Source of the DNA: Candidatus Bathyarchaeota archaeon
GTDB lineage: Archaea; Thermoproteota; Bathyarchaeia; Bathyarchaeales; Bathycorpusculaceae
Direction: 5' to 3'
Length of the DNA: 64,000 nt
NCBI GenBank assembly: GCA_963733095.1
Contig: CAVTBV010000012.1
Location: 1-64,000 of the forward strand
Below the pieces are notes generated by a model. It worked only from the letters and a program-made list of their open reading frames with translations, was not told the DNA's origin and made no database searches. The translations under genes were made by a program, and so were the position numbers. This document shows positions 31,710 to 42,667 of the stretch, one piece after another (positions within the stretch are counted from its first letter, which is position 1; each line of letters opens with the position of its first letter).

Positions 31710-31979
31710 AGATCTTGACAGAGACCTTGTTTTAACAACCGTCTCTAATTTTTTTTGTAAATTTTTTCCCTCTTAAATGTCAGATAATTACCCTTTTAAT
31801 CGCTACAGTACAAATTATAAAGGTATCTAATTGACCACCGACATATCCTTTTTCTATAGTCAGTACTGGTTTTAGATTTCAAAGATCTATATGTTTTATG
31901 TGCGGTGGGCAACAACCTTGCGCCATTATATGGTCTTTAGGTAATATTGTGCTTATACAAGTTCAACGTGATTGATTTA

Positions 31980-33002
31980 TTAATGTGCGGTTTGATATCG
32001 AGCAATAACAGTGTTCCTAAGATTTTTAATATTCCACAAAATTCCCGCTGTTCTCACTTTAATTAACATTAAGTCATCTTTACCCCAAGCAGCCCAGGAA
32101 CAGTTTTTAAGAAGTGGAGTAAATTTCGATATTCTTTTTCCAAATGGGGGGACCAGCATATGCAGCTCAAGAATATTCTGGAAGAATAATATGTTAGACA
32201 GAGCAAAAATCATATATCTTATTGGATAGTTTTTTAGAATGAATCGTATTTGGTTTCTGTACATATAATAGTAACTCATACGGCTTTGCTGTCCGATAGT
32301 TGCGCTCCCCTTGTGCCAGAAAATGGCGGATGGCTCAAAAACAATTTTGTACCCAGACCGTTTAACACGTAAACAAAAATCAGTATCTTCATAATATATA
32401 TAATAAAAGGGATCGAACAAACCGACTTTTTTAAAAACTTCGCGTCTTGTTGCGATAACCTCAGCAGTGTCCACCTCTTTTTGAACATCGTGCTCTTCGT
32501 TACTCAAACAATTGTGACCTATTTGACGATTATTTCCAGTCAGAAAGTTTATTGAACCACCTGTAGAATCCAAAATCCTGTTACTACCGTACCTGAACCT
32601 CTTTCCAACAACAATACCTATATCTGGCGAGGTTACAAGAACTCTTATCAAACGGTTTAGCCATTTTTTATCCACAATATCATCATTATTCAGTTCAACG
32701 ATAATGATTTCACCTTTAGCCGCAAAAATACCGCAGTTTATCGCTTCGCCAACACCCATCTTGCCTTTCTTGATCAGCCGCACTTTAGGAAAATCACGCT
32801 CGATAATCGCAACAGAATTGTCGCTTGAACCAGCATCAACAACTATAATTTCGTATAACGAGTAATCTAATTTCATGAGCGCTGAAAGACATTCATTCAG
32901 GAATTTTTCTCCATTGTAGTTAGAAATAATTATTGACGCCATTGGATTTGAGTTCAGTGATGGTTTTTGAATTAATTCTTTAGGAAAACCATTTTTCGGC
33001 AT
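31980..33002 (-). CDS. Glycosyltransferase family 2 (rhamnosyltransferase-like)
   Basis: SIIISNYNG, VVDAGSSD, LNND, FDP.YYIYYEDTDFCLR, IFWHKGSAT. Confidence 0.9.
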   Translation of the reverse strand: MPKNGFPKELIQKPSLNSNPMASIIISNYNGEKFLNECLSALMKLDYSLYEIIVVDAGSSDNSVAIIERDFPKVRLIKKGKMGVGEAINCGIFAAKGEIIIVELNNDDIVDKKWLNRLIRVLVTSPDIGIVVGKRFRYGSNRILDSTGGSINFLTGNNRQIGHNCLSNEEHDVQKEVDTAEVIATRREVFKKVGLFDPFYYIYYEDTDFCLRVKRSGYKIVFEPSAIFWHKGSATIGQQSRMSYYYMYRNQIRFILKNYPIRYMIFALSNILFFQNILELHMLVPPFGKRISKFTPLLKNCSWAAWGKDDLMLIKVRTAGILWNIKNLRNTVIARYQTAH

Positions 33003-33203
33003 GTTAGTGTCTCGAGCTCATTTAGTCATTATACGGTATGGACCATTCTTTTAAGTATAACGGGCACTTTCTTTTCAAGTGCAGGTAATGGCTAATTTAT
33101 GGATAAATGGCATTCTAGGAGTATTAAAGCCGACAAAAACGTCTTTAAAACGGAAAATTTTTAAGGAAAGTGACGCGGTGAAGAATAATGATAGCCCGGA
33201 TTT

Positions 33204-33764
33204 TTATTGGAATAAGCCTTTGTGTTTTGTGTCCAAAGTATATTTTACAACAGGTCTATTTTTTATGAATCTGGCAGGTATTCCGCCAACCATCGTCCAG
33301 GAAGGAACATCTTTAGTCACTACTGCACCCGAAGCTACTACAGCTCCTTCCCCGATACTTACTCCAGGCAAAATTGTCACTCTGTCGCCAACATAGACCC
33401 AATCTTCAATGTTAACCATGCCACCTTTAGGCGCGAAGGTTGGACTTGTAATATCATGTTCAAGTGTGAAAATCCTTACTTCTTGTGCGATGTCTACGTT
33501 GTTTCCTATTTTTATTAGTTTTCGCCCGTCTAAAAAGGCATTATTGCCTACTATCGAATTATTCCCAATAGTAATGCCCCAAGGATTAAAAAACCTGCAT
33601 CCGCAATATATTATTGAAGTTTTAGACATTTTAATCTTGTAAAAATGTCTGTAGCAAGCATGTCTGATAGTGTGTATGCCTATAAGTCCCGTCCAATTTG
33701 CAAATAATATTGCAAGCCAATAAGCGAGATTACGAGTACGCTTAAATTTCGGGGGGATAAACAT
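33204..33764 (-). CDS. Hexapeptide-repeat O-acyltransferase
   Basis: [39 protein letters not shown]. Confidence 0.9.
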   Translation of the reverse strand: MFIPPKFKRTRNLAYWLAILFANWTGLIGIHTIRHACYRHFYKIKMSKTSIIYCGCRFFNPWGITIGNNSIVGNNAFLDGRKLIKIGNNVDIAQEVRIFTLEHDITSPTFAPKGGMVNIEDWVYVGDRVTILPGVSIGEGAVVASGAVVTKDVPSWTMVGGIPARFIKNRPVVKYTLDTKHKGLFQ

Positions 33765-33922
33765 TTAATTCGCTAAACTGTATCCAATTAAATCAAGATA
33801 AACTTATTGCAGTTTTTTTTAAAAGCATTTGGGTTTTTTGTATTAAACTGATGATGAATATCAAGCGCGTATGGCTAGCACATGGCACAGCAATAGCTAA
33901 TTGCAGGCTTCCGTGGACACAA

Positions 33923-35107
33923 CTACTGAGCTTTGCTTTTTTTAGCAAACCTGTTGTATAATAAAAGATACTCTCGACTCATTTCGGATAAAGAACAACT
34001 GAAAGTCAGCTTGGCTCTTTCTGAGCAATTCTTTCTTAAGTCGAGGTTTTTAACGAGCTTTTTTATAAGCTCAGGATATTCAGACAGATAATCGTTGACT
34101 ATCAAAGCTTCTGATTTACTGGAATCTGTAGTCAAACCTCTAGCTCCAATGGAGGTCGCAAGTACTGGTAAACCCGCGGATAGGAACTCTATAGTCTTTA
34201 CACTCATACCTGCCCCGCTTAGCAAAGGTACTATTGCCAAGGCTGCCTTGTTATACAGGTTTAGCAATTCTTTCTCAGAAAGAAATCCAGTGAGTATTAC
34301 ATTGTTAGGCTTTTTAAAATGTTTTATTGAATCGCCTACATTTCCAACAATAAAAAAATCTGCCTCGGGAACTTTAGGCGCAATTTTGTTGATTATTAAT
34401 TCCGCTGATGTAATATTTGGCGGATGACCAGAACCCACGAAAATAACAATAGGTCTAACGGTTGAGAATGTTGGGTTTATAGAAACTTTAGCGATTCCAT
34501 GAGGAACTACCCTTATTTTTCCTTGCGGAATTCCCATAGTAACCAATTCTTCGAAGTCTTGCTGGGTAAAGCAAACTAGAGCATCAGAAGCGTTGTAAGC
34601 TGCAATTTCTGCTTTGCGGACCTTCCGAATTAAATATCTGGAAAGTAGATCTTTTGGCTTTAGATAATTTAATAAAAAATCTGAATTTATGTCGTGAAAA
34701 GTGAGGATGAACGGCAGATTCCTTCTTTTTGATACGTAGTAGGGAATGCGATAAAGCCATGCAAACTCGCATTGAATTATATCGCAATTTTTAGAGATAA
34801 TTTCAAGTTTCTTTTCCAGATTTTTTTCAAAATATGTTATCATAAATAAATAATGGAAAAGTCGACCAATTCGCGATGGCAAAACTTTTCGTAAAAAAAA
34901 TGCAATTACCACATAAGCAATAGATAATCTTATTTCATAAATCGGAATACCTTCGTACTTTGCAACACGCGAAGATCTAAAAACAGGTACAACAAATTTA
35001 ACTTCAACTCCTTCTGACTTTAAAGATTTTGCTAACGTCCACATGCGTACTAATCCGCCGGCGGTTGGAGGGTAGGGTTTGAATTTGCTGAATATTAAAA
35101 CATTCAT
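33923..35107 (-). CDS. Glycosyltransferase family 4
   Basis: PYPPTAGG, FVGSGHPPN, GAGMSVKTIEFLSAGLPV. Confidence 0.9.
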   Translation of the reverse strand: MNVLIFSKFKPYPPTAGGLVRMWTLAKSLKSEGVEVKFVVPVFRSSRVAKYEGIPIYEIRLSIAYVVIAFFLRKVLPSRIGRLFHYLFMITYFEKNLEKKLEIISKNCDIIQCEFAWLYRIPYYVSKRRNLPFILTFHDINSDFLLNYLKPKDLLSRYLIRKVRKAEIAAYNASDALVCFTQQDFEELVTMGIPQGKIRVVPHGIAKVSINPTFSTVRPIVIFVGSGHPPNITSAELIINKIAPKVPEADFFIVGNVGDSIKHFKKPNNVILTGFLSEKELLNLYNKAALAIVPLLSGAGMSVKTIEFLSAGLPVLATSIGARGLTTDSSKSEALIVNDYLSEYPELIKKLVKNLDLRKNCSERAKLTFSCSLSEMSREYLLLYNRFAKKSKAQ

Positions 35108-35190
35108 AGAATTTCCTTTTTCATTTGCATGCTCGGCATCTTTGTACCTGAAGTTATGAGGTTAATCTGATCATTTTAATAGTTTTGGCT

Positions 35191-38109
35191 CTATGGTTGC
35201 AGATATCTCTGCAAATATTGACTGTCGAGTTTTTCCGCTAAAGTGATATTTACAGGCAAGATAAATGCCGTGGACATACCATACGCAGGGTACGCCTGTA
35301 ATGTGAAATTTGCGAACGTAGTTGTCTTGTAAGGAAAAGAAAACAGAATAGGATCGACAAAAACTGTATAAGTATTAGGAGAGAAATTTTCAGGTGATTT
35401 GCGAAGGAGAATTGTGGTGCCATTCAAGGATGAGATAGAAGTTACGTTTAAAGAAAATTGATTTTGGAAATCAGCCGAACCAATTTCAAAAACCCCGGTG
35501 CCATTTCCTGTCCATTGAGTAACGGTTTGTCCATTGTTTGATTGAAAGGTTAGCCCTAGAAAACCTGTGTCTTGTTTTTGGAGGTATATTGAGTAATTAC
35601 CTGAGGAAATCAACGAAAAGTTAAGCAAAGAATTCCCACATTGATTGAGATTCAAGGCGTAAAACTGAGGAGCATCACTTAAAAGTTGGCTAGCTTCACT
35701 TAATGCTTCGCTTAGTGATCGCTGATCAACGATTTCTATCAAGTTAACGGCTGCCAGCCCGCCTCCTGAGATTATTGAAAGGTTATTTGACCCTTGACTC
35801 AGGGTTACAGGCACAGCATTCCAGACAAATCCGTTTGCACCTGTTGGGCAGTCATTCAGTTCATGTGATTGTCCGTTTATTGAAAGGTTCAAACCTTTCG
35901 AATCTGGGCCAACGTAATATCTTATGAGTATATTGTACTGACCATCTTGGGACATTTTAAATGGAATAACTAAACTGGATGGGTTGGTGCTGTTCGTATA
36001 CGCAATGCCATCGTTTAATTGATAAGTATACTGCCACTCATATGAAGGATCAGCATTAATCCAATCATTCCAAGGAATGCTTGTCAAACCAATATTAGTT
36101 ACAGAATTGATCGTCCAATCTTGCTGCGGACCCTTAGTTTGGCTGGCGTATTGGGAGGGAACAATTCTTAAATCATCAGTCATAAGTGGGACAACTAAGT
36201 CATAGATGTTTGACGTTTGTGAAAAAAGATAAGCCCCATTAGTAGTATGCAGATTTGGTAGAGGTTCTCTATCCAGATAAAAAACAGGGTTTGTATAATT
36301 GTATTTAACGACGTTTAGGTATGGTAACATTTGCTCGTAAGTGTTGAGGCCTCCAGCGACGTAGATTATATTGTTACTCGCCCAGCTTACTATATAGTAA
36401 TTGTTACGAAAAAGATAGGAATCACCAGAGCGATAAGCTAAAGTAAACGCTGAGGAGGTAAACATATTAGAGCCGTTTATACTGCTCTGGGAACTAATTG
36501 CAACGTACTCAACACCTATTTCCGAAAGAAACACTGCAGCATCCTCGATTTCACCTTTTTCAATTAATGAATTGGATATGCCCACTACATAATCCAAATA
36601 CCATGTTGACGATGGCCCATCGTCCCCAAAAGTATACGTTATAAGGTTATTACCCCCATAGAGAAGGAATTGAAATAGAGGGGGATGAGGAATCCATATT
36701 ACACAACCTGTTGGGTGAACCCCCAAAATATAGTTGGTAACTGCTAAATCTGAACTAGCAACAGTTGCATAACTGCTAATGTCTGTTCCTCCATATCCAG
36801 TATAAAGGTTGTAAGAACTGAAGCCAAGCGTAGCGATCATGAGAAATAGGAGAATTGTTGAAAGAACTTTTATTCGGAATGTGGAAACAAATTTTATTCT
36901 AAACCGAAGCTCAAACACTTTGTTTAAGACTGAATAGATAGTGAATGAAATCAAAATGGAATATAAAAACGGCAATATTTGTTCAGGAACCCTAAATTCA
37001 CCTAGTAAATTTATTGCTATCGTGCTTAACGGTCCAGGCAACTTTGAACCTAAAACAACTAATAGAGGCTGCCCCTGCAAATTCGGAAAGCTAATAGTAT
37101 ATAAACCAATAACCGTTGTAGCGATCATTGTCAAAATAAGACTTAGCTTTCTGCGGAGCAAATTTTCTCGCAAAAATAACAAATATCCGAACGATAAAAT
37201 TGGGATAAAAAGTTGAAGTGCAAAAGAAATTGAAGGTTTATTATGCACAGATTCACTTAGCCAAGGATCAGGTTGCGAAACGAATAAGTTGGCAACTGTA
37301 TTTCCGCTATTCAAAAAGAATTTTCGCCCAATTTGAGGTAAAGACCAAACTTCAGGGTTTGTGACGTTACTGCTCATATAACTACTGATTACAGGAAAAC
37401 CTAAAATTAACATGAAAACAACTGCAAATAATACGTACAAGAATGGCATCAACTTTTGCTTCTTCTCAAAACGGATAACAAGATAATTAACTAGAAGCGG
37501 GAGAAGATACGTTATTATAGCCAAAGGGTATAGAGCAACTACTAAAACCCAAATGAAAGATGAAAACAATAGAAACAGTAATTTCTGTTTTAACGATCTA
37601 TCATAACCAATAAGAATCAACAATCCAAACAAAGGCAACAGGGAATATACTATTGCCATTCCAGCCCAAGCATCGAAAGAGGCTATACCAAAGAAGTATA
37701 TGATTGATCCCGCTAAGCTGGCCAAAACTATAGCAAGGGTATCTTTTCTCAGGTTTCTTGGAAAACCCCTAAGAATAATGGATCTAAGGTAAAAATAAGA
37801 AGAGAGGATAGAAATGAAGCCTATCATCAATTTCGGTAAAACATCGATTGAATGTACATTTAATTTTAGGACTGAAATTGCAAACCAAAAAATCCAATAG
37901 ACATTAAATGGATAAGCAACCCCCGCTTGCGGACTTTGCGCTATTGTAGGTCCCGAATTAATATATTCCCAAAAAGGTAGACCTGGCTGAGAGAAGGTAA
38001 TAAAATGCAGAATTTGCCAATAAGCTATCAGGGGCAGTAGTATCGCAACAACGCAAGGCAATATAAATTCGATTCTTGCTTTTGATTTTATGATGCTGAA
38101 ATCAACCAT
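35191..38109 (-). CDS. Large GT-C-like polytopic protein with extracellular CBM-like beta-sandwich
   Basis: About 12 TMs in the N-terminal half (EFRVPEQ loop), IGVEYVAI, C-terminal GQYNILIRY..LSINGQ..VTLSQGSNNLSI. Confidence 0.7.
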   Translation of the reverse strand: MVDFSIIKSKARIEFILPCVVAILLPLIAYWQILHFITFSQPGLPFWEYINSGPTIAQSPQAGVAYPFNVYWIFWFAISVLKLNVHSIDVLPKLMIGFISILSSYFYLRSIILRGFPRNLRKDTLAIVLASLAGSIIYFFGIASFDAWAGMAIVYSLLPLFGLLILIGYDRSLKQKLLFLLFSSFIWVLVVALYPLAIITYLLPLLVNYLVIRFEKKQKLMPFLYVLFAVVFMLILGFPVISSYMSSNVTNPEVWSLPQIGRKFFLNSGNTVANLFVSQPDPWLSESVHNKPSISFALQLFIPILSFGYLLFLRENLLRRKLSLILTMIATTVIGLYTISFPNLQGQPLLVVLGSKLPGPLSTIAINLLGEFRVPEQILPFLYSILISFTIYSVLNKVFELRFRIKFVSTFRIKVLSTILLFLMIATLGFSSYNLYTGYGGTDISSYATVASSDLAVTNYILGVHPTGCVIWIPHPPLFQFLLYGGNNLITYTFGDDGPSSTWYLDYVVGISNSLIEKGEIEDAAVFLSEIGVEYVAISSQSSINGSNMFTSSAFTLAYRSGDSYLFRNNYYIVSWASNNIIYVAGGLNTYEQMLPYLNVVKYNYTNPVFYLDREPLPNLHTTNGAYLFSQTSNIYDLVVPLMTDDLRIVPSQYASQTKGPQQDWTINSVTNIGLTSIPWNDWINADPSYEWQYTYQLNDGIAYTNSTNPSSLVIPFKMSQDGQYNILIRYYVGPDSKGLNLSINGQSHELNDCPTGANGFVWNAVPVTLSQGSNNLSIISGGGLAAVNLIEIVDQRSLSEALSEASQLLSDAPQFYALNLNQCGNSLLNFSLISSGNYSIYLQKQDTGFLGLTFQSNNGQTVTQWTGNGTGVFEIGSADFQNQFSLNVTSISSLNGTTILLRKSPENFSPNTYTVFVDPILFSFPYKTTTFANFTLQAYPAYGMSTAFILPVNITLAEKLDSQYLQRYLQP

Positions 38110-38119
38110 GCTTAAATCA

Positions 38120-39283
38120 TCAATTAATTAATTGAATATATTTTTGGGCAACTTGTTCGCAATCGAGTCTCTCAACGGCAAACTTTCTGGCGCGACTACT
38201 CATCATCAGTAGAAGATCAGGATCCTTGACAAGCACATTTACTCTATCTACTAGATCATCATGGGATTTAACAAAAAAGCCAGTTTCATTTTCTAGGACA
38301 TAGTCAACCGCTCCTAAAGTATCCGTAATTACGGGTTTTCCTAATGCCAAAAATTCGGCAATCTTGCTGATATTATGTGGCGAATACCAGATTTGGTTAA
38401 TTTGAGGTGGCGTTAAAACCACTGCAAAGCTACAAGTGCTTGCGTAGTAAGGAATCATCTCGTAAGGAACATTTCCGGCGAAATAGACGAATTTATCAAA
38501 ACCATTTTTAGAAACTAGATTTTGTGCGGCTGGAAAAGATCCTAAAATAACAAAGGCTACATTTAGCAACTTAACTTTATTAATGAGCCTACAAAAGTCG
38601 TCAAAAAACCATTTATCCCCCTTTACTCCTAATAAGATCAATGTTTTACCTCTAAATCTTTCAGGAATAAGCTTTGCGGATATTTTGGGGTTTAACAAAT
38701 TTGGGTTGAAACAACCATACAGGTCAACTGGGTGATAAATTAAATGCGTTTTTCTTCCAATAGTATGCTCAAGAAACTTTTTCATTGGGGTAGTAGGAAC
38801 TGTTATAACATCGGGTAACCTGGATGTAATAAGACTCAGAGAATCTTCGAATAGTTGCGAGAAAAAACGGAAAGAAGAAAATGCATTTCCAGATCGTTGA
38901 AAAGTCTTGCTTTTGTCGAAAGTGCTTGTCCACAAGCCTGCGAAGTCAAAAGCTACATTAGCATCATTGATGAATAGTCCATTAACTGCTTTTAACATCG
39001 TATTTGGCAGCTCAACAATCACAAAATCAGGATTATCGCGGATTGTCTGAAGATTTCTGAAGATTTTAAAAAAATCGTTAAAATAGTCTTTTATAAGAGA
39101 GCTAGACGACATTTGCCGAGAACCCCTCTCAACAAATAATATAGACATTTTGTCGGATGCACCCTGAGGACTTATGTACGTCACTTCATGACCTAAACGG
39201 TCCAAACCTATTGAGAGATTTTGAATTCTGTGTTGTCCGCCAGGTCCACTGGAGAAATGATCATTAATTATTCCGATTTTCAT
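38120..39283 (-). CDS. Glycosyltransferase family 4
   Basis: GGQHRIQNL, SKIAEFLALGKPVI, ENETGFFV. Confidence 0.88.
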   Translation of the reverse strand: MKIGIINDHFSSGPGGQHRIQNLSIGLDRLGHEVTYISPQGASDKMSILFVERGSRQMSSSSLIKDYFNDFFKIFRNLQTIRDNPDFVIVELPNTMLKAVNGLFINDANVAFDFAGLWTSTFDKSKTFQRSGNAFSSFRFFSQLFEDSLSLITSRLPDVITVPTTPMKKFLEHTIGRKTHLIYHPVDLYGCFNPNLLNPKISAKLIPERFRGKTLILLGVKGDKWFFDDFCRLINKVKLLNVAFVILGSFPAAQNLVSKNGFDKFVYFAGNVPYEMIPYYASTCSFAVVLTPPQINQIWYSPHNISKIAEFLALGKPVITDTLGAVDYVLENETGFFVKSHDDLVDRVNVLVKDPDLLLMMSSRARKFAVERLDCEQVAQKYIQLIN

Positions 39284-40224
39284 TTAGCTATTTCTCGCGA
39301 CAGTGCTATACCGTGGACAATACCCTTAATGTAAGATTGAGAAGTTTGAATGCTCGACAGAAACTTACCTTTCAAAAACCAATGCTGCAAAATTAGGGTC
39401 GTATAGGTTAAGGAAAAAAAAGGTAGAAAAATTGTTTTAAAAATCGAGAATTCATAACTCCGGCTATATTTCTTATGGAATATTATTCTATTTCTTGCTA
39501 AATAATATGCTTTTAGATTTGTGTACCGACCCATGAAGAATAGTTCATTTGGAACGTCATGCCAAATTTTGGCTTTTGGGACGAGCATAACCTTCCACCC
39601 ATACTTCTTGATTCTTGCAATAAAATCGGATTCTTCATACATGAATGGAAAGTATTGCTCGTCAAACAAAACTCCTTGGGCTTTCACGGTTTCCTTCCTA
39701 ACCATAAAAGCATTAGGAAAATCGTCGGATTCAATAGCCATGCTGAATTTGTTTCCATCGGGCTTACCGTTACCGATTGTTATCGTCCTACTCGTTATCA
39801 GATTTCTTTTGATGCCAGCGCACCAGATTATCTGCGGTTGATTATAATAATACATAAGCGGTGCCACAACACCGACGTTCGCATGTTTAAGAAACATTTG
39901 AACAAGGTTTCCTATGCATTGGTTATCCATGGTGTTATCGTCGTCAATTATAAAAATAAAATCGCCGTGAGAGTTTTTTATTCCAATATTTCGGCATGCT
40001 GATACAAGTCGTTTCTTTTTATTACTGAAAATTGTTACGTCGGGAAATAAAGTGCTAATTTCCTTGAACGTGCCATCAATTGATGCGTCATCAACAACTA
40101 TTATTTCAATATTATGGAAGGTATTATCTTTAATTGATTGTATTAATCTTTTTAATTTGCTTTTTCTGTTATGAGTCGGAATGACCACTGAGACTAAGGG
40201 AGCCTTAGCTTCTAGGCAAGCCAT
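39280..40224 (-). CDS. Glycosyltransferase family 2
   Basis: SVVIPTHNR, VVDDASIDGT, IIDDD, YEESDF, KIWH. Confidence 0.9.
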   Translation of the reverse strand: MACLEAKAPLVSVVIPTHNRKSKLKRLIQSIKDNTFHNIEIIVVDDASIDGTFKEISTLFPDVTIFSNKKKRLVSACRNIGIKNSHGDFIFIIDDDNTMDNQCIGNLVQMFLKHANVGVVAPLMYYYNQPQIIWCAGIKRNLITSRTITIGNGKPDGNKFSMAIESDDFPNAFMVRKETVKAQGVLFDEQYFPFMYEESDFIARIKKYGWKVMLVPKAKIWHDVPNELFFMGRYTNLKAYYLARNRIIFHKKYSRSYEFSIFKTIFLPFFSLTYTTLILQHWFLKGKFLSSIQTSQSYIKGIVHGIALSREIAK

Positions 40225-40327
40225 CCGTATTCTTCCTTAATATTATGAAGCATGAGTATTTTGATTTTACATTCATAATAAACCTTTGTGAACTTTGATA
40301 TATTCATGTAAGTCTTGCCTTTTTGAC

Positions 40328-42637
40328 CTAGTAATGAGTATTGCGATTTTTGCTCTTTTTTTTGGTAATTATAATTGCGGTACCCGCAAGGATTATTCCT
40401 GAGGCTAGAATTAACACTAAGAGATAAATTGTTGCCTCATTCAATGGACTAGACGAGTGATTAGCGGAAGGCAATGTTGTTGGTCTGTCCGTAGCTCCGC
40501 TGGTAGGTATCGGTGTGGGTGTGGGCGCAGCTTCTATGGTTAGAGAGGCGTTGGCTTGAACTCCTGACACTGATGCAGTCACATTCCATGTACCGGGATA
40601 TTCACTTGTATAGACGTTCGAGTTCCACGAGCCGCCTGCATCAATGCTTATATCCCAATATGTTGACGCAGTAACCGCGCCTATAATATTGTTGTGGGCA
40701 TCCCATGCCAATGAGATGTACGTTAGTCTATCTCCGGCAGTTATTATTGCCTTGTTTGGCAGAATTGTTATGTGGTCTAAAGGAGCTGGATTCACCATCA
40801 CATTGAGACTTTTGCTTATATTTCCAACAGTAACTGTGACAAGTTGTAACCCTCCAGTTTTAAGAACGAGCTCGGAAAAAGCATGTTGACCGTTATCGCT
40901 ATCATTGAAAATGTAAGGGTTAGAAAATACATATGGCAAAACTGCCTTAGCATCAGAGCTTGCGAAGTATAATGTGCCTTTGTAAGCCTCTATGATATTA
41001 TTACTTGAATCGTAGGCTGTTACGATGGTGGAGTTAATAGGTGACCCGGCAGTGATTGAAGAGGGCATTCCAACAATGGTGAAGTAACTCAGTTGGCTAG
41101 CATCTGATTGAACGGAAATTACGTAGTTGTCATTGACGTTCGTAAATGTGTAGTTTCCAGTAACCGGAACAGAAGAGCCGTTTACTTGGACATTAGCCAC
41201 GGTATATCCTGGACTTGAAGAATATTCAAATAATTTGCTTTCTCCTTGATTCACAAATACTGTTCCGTTAGCTGCTATGGATGAATGCTTGTCTGCCGAA
41301 GCGTAAATTCTATATTGCAGAGGAAAATAATTAGGCATAGACAATTCAAGATTCCAATCGAGTTTTATGATTTGGCTTCCGCCTGAAGGCGCATAACAAT
41401 CCCCTATATAGAGCGCTCTATTATCTACGTCTATGCCGACCCATCGATCATTATAGCCTGAACTGTTGGTTGGTATAAACAGATCGGTCATTTCTCCTGA
41501 AGTTGCATTAAACACAAAAATTGAATGAGGCATACTGTTAAATCTAGCACATGGTTCCCAGAGAAACAAGTCATGGCTTAAAGCGTTAACTGAAGGATGA
41601 TCTTCACCCCAATTCCCATCGATCAATGAGTCATATTCTCTCCACACTCCTTGGCTGTTCATATACTCGATTCTGTACGTTGTGACCCCTGTATCTTCAT
41701 CAGACAAAAGCCCCACAGCTAGGTAATCTGAAGATGCTGTCAAGTGGGCAAAATATGCGTCAGGACCTATGTTTGTGCCAGTTTCTTCGAAAACTTGTGT
41801 CCAATCTTGAAGGTTTTTGCTTTCATAAAGTCTTGTATGGATTGTTCCGTTGGCGCCTCCGCAAGGATAAGTTGATAAAACGTATACTGTATCGTTGAAA
41901 GTCACTATTTGGCTTTCGCCTGATGAACTTATGTTAGCTACGGGTATTACGCGATACGCTGAAGTATTTGTAGATAGGGACGCCGGAACTGCCAATATAT
42001 TTACATTCCCGTCCATCGAATCTAGTCCAAAAAGCAGATTTTGGCTAACTTTGTCATATACTACACTAATAATGTAGTTTGCTATTGGTGGAGCAATAGT
42101 ATATATCGCCACAGTAGCCAACGTAGTTTCATTCATAATAACTATTTGCCCATTAGAAACATTCGTTAGCCCATCTTCTCCAGGAACGAAAACAAGACCA
42201 TCATAAACATAGGCAGGAAAGTATTCTGCCAATGTTGTTACATAGGGTAAGGTGGTCTGAGCAATGACTTCCTGCGTTGTAAGGTTGCACTTTAGCACGG
42301 CAGGCCATGGGTTTGATTGAACGATCCATAAATAGCCATCGTAAACTGAGGGGTATTCAAGCAAATCGGAGTTCTCCATTATTGTAGAGTATGATGAGTA
42401 ATAATAGCTCGACGCTATTTCTGTTGATCCTGTTTCTATATAATTGCTCGAAACTTTATCATGGTAATTCTCCAAATCCCCGTAAGTGACTGATCCTTTT
42501 GTTAACGGAAAAAAAATTACAAGTGAAATCAGGAAAACAACGAAAATTGTTAAGGCGGGGGTGAACTTTGATTTTCTCGTTGAAGCTATTCTCCATCGTT
42601 CAACGGATTTATTGCGGCTAACAGTAATAATATTCAA
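40328..42637 (-). CDS. Large surface protein: propeller-like N-terminal domain, Ig/InlB-like repeats, PT linker, TM anchor
   Basis: N-terminal hydrophobic segment; YTFTNVNDNYVISV repeat-type domain; PTPTPIPT linker; C-terminal TM + KKK. Confidence 0.75.
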   Translation of the reverse strand: MNIITVSRNKSVERWRIASTRKSKFTPALTIFVVFLISLVIFFPLTKGSVTYGDLENYHDKVSSNYIETGSTEIASSYYYSSYSTIMENSDLLEYPSVYDGYLWIVQSNPWPAVLKCNLTTQEVIAQTTLPYVTTLAEYFPAYVYDGLVFVPGEDGLTNVSNGQIVIMNETTLATVAIYTIAPPIANYIISVVYDKVSQNLLFGLDSMDGNVNILAVPASLSTNTSAYRVIPVANISSSGESQIVTFNDTVYVLSTYPCGGANGTIHTRLYESKNLQDWTQVFEETGTNIGPDAYFAHLTASSDYLAVGLLSDEDTGVTTYRIEYMNSQGVWREYDSLIDGNWGEDHPSVNALSHDLFLWEPCARFNSMPHSIFVFNATSGEMTDLFIPTNSSGYNDRWVGIDVDNRALYIGDCYAPSGGSQIIKLDWNLELSMPNYFPLQYRIYASADKHSSIAANGTVFVNQGESKLFEYSSSPGYTVANVQVNGSSVPVTGNYTFTNVNDNYVISVQSDASQLSYFTIVGMPSSITAGSPINSTIVTAYDSSNNIIEAYKGTLYFASSDAKAVLPYVFSNPYIFNDSDNGQHAFSELVLKTGGLQLVTVTVGNISKSLNVMVNPAPLDHITILPNKAIITAGDRLTYISLAWDAHNNIIGAVTASTYWDISIDAGGSWNSNVYTSEYPGTWNVTASVSGVQANASLTIEAAPTPTPIPTSGATDRPTTLPSANHSSSPLNEATIYLLVLILASGIILAGTAIIITKKKSKNRNTHY

Positions 42638-42667
42638 GTCACCACTTAATCTTTTATTGTATTCAAG

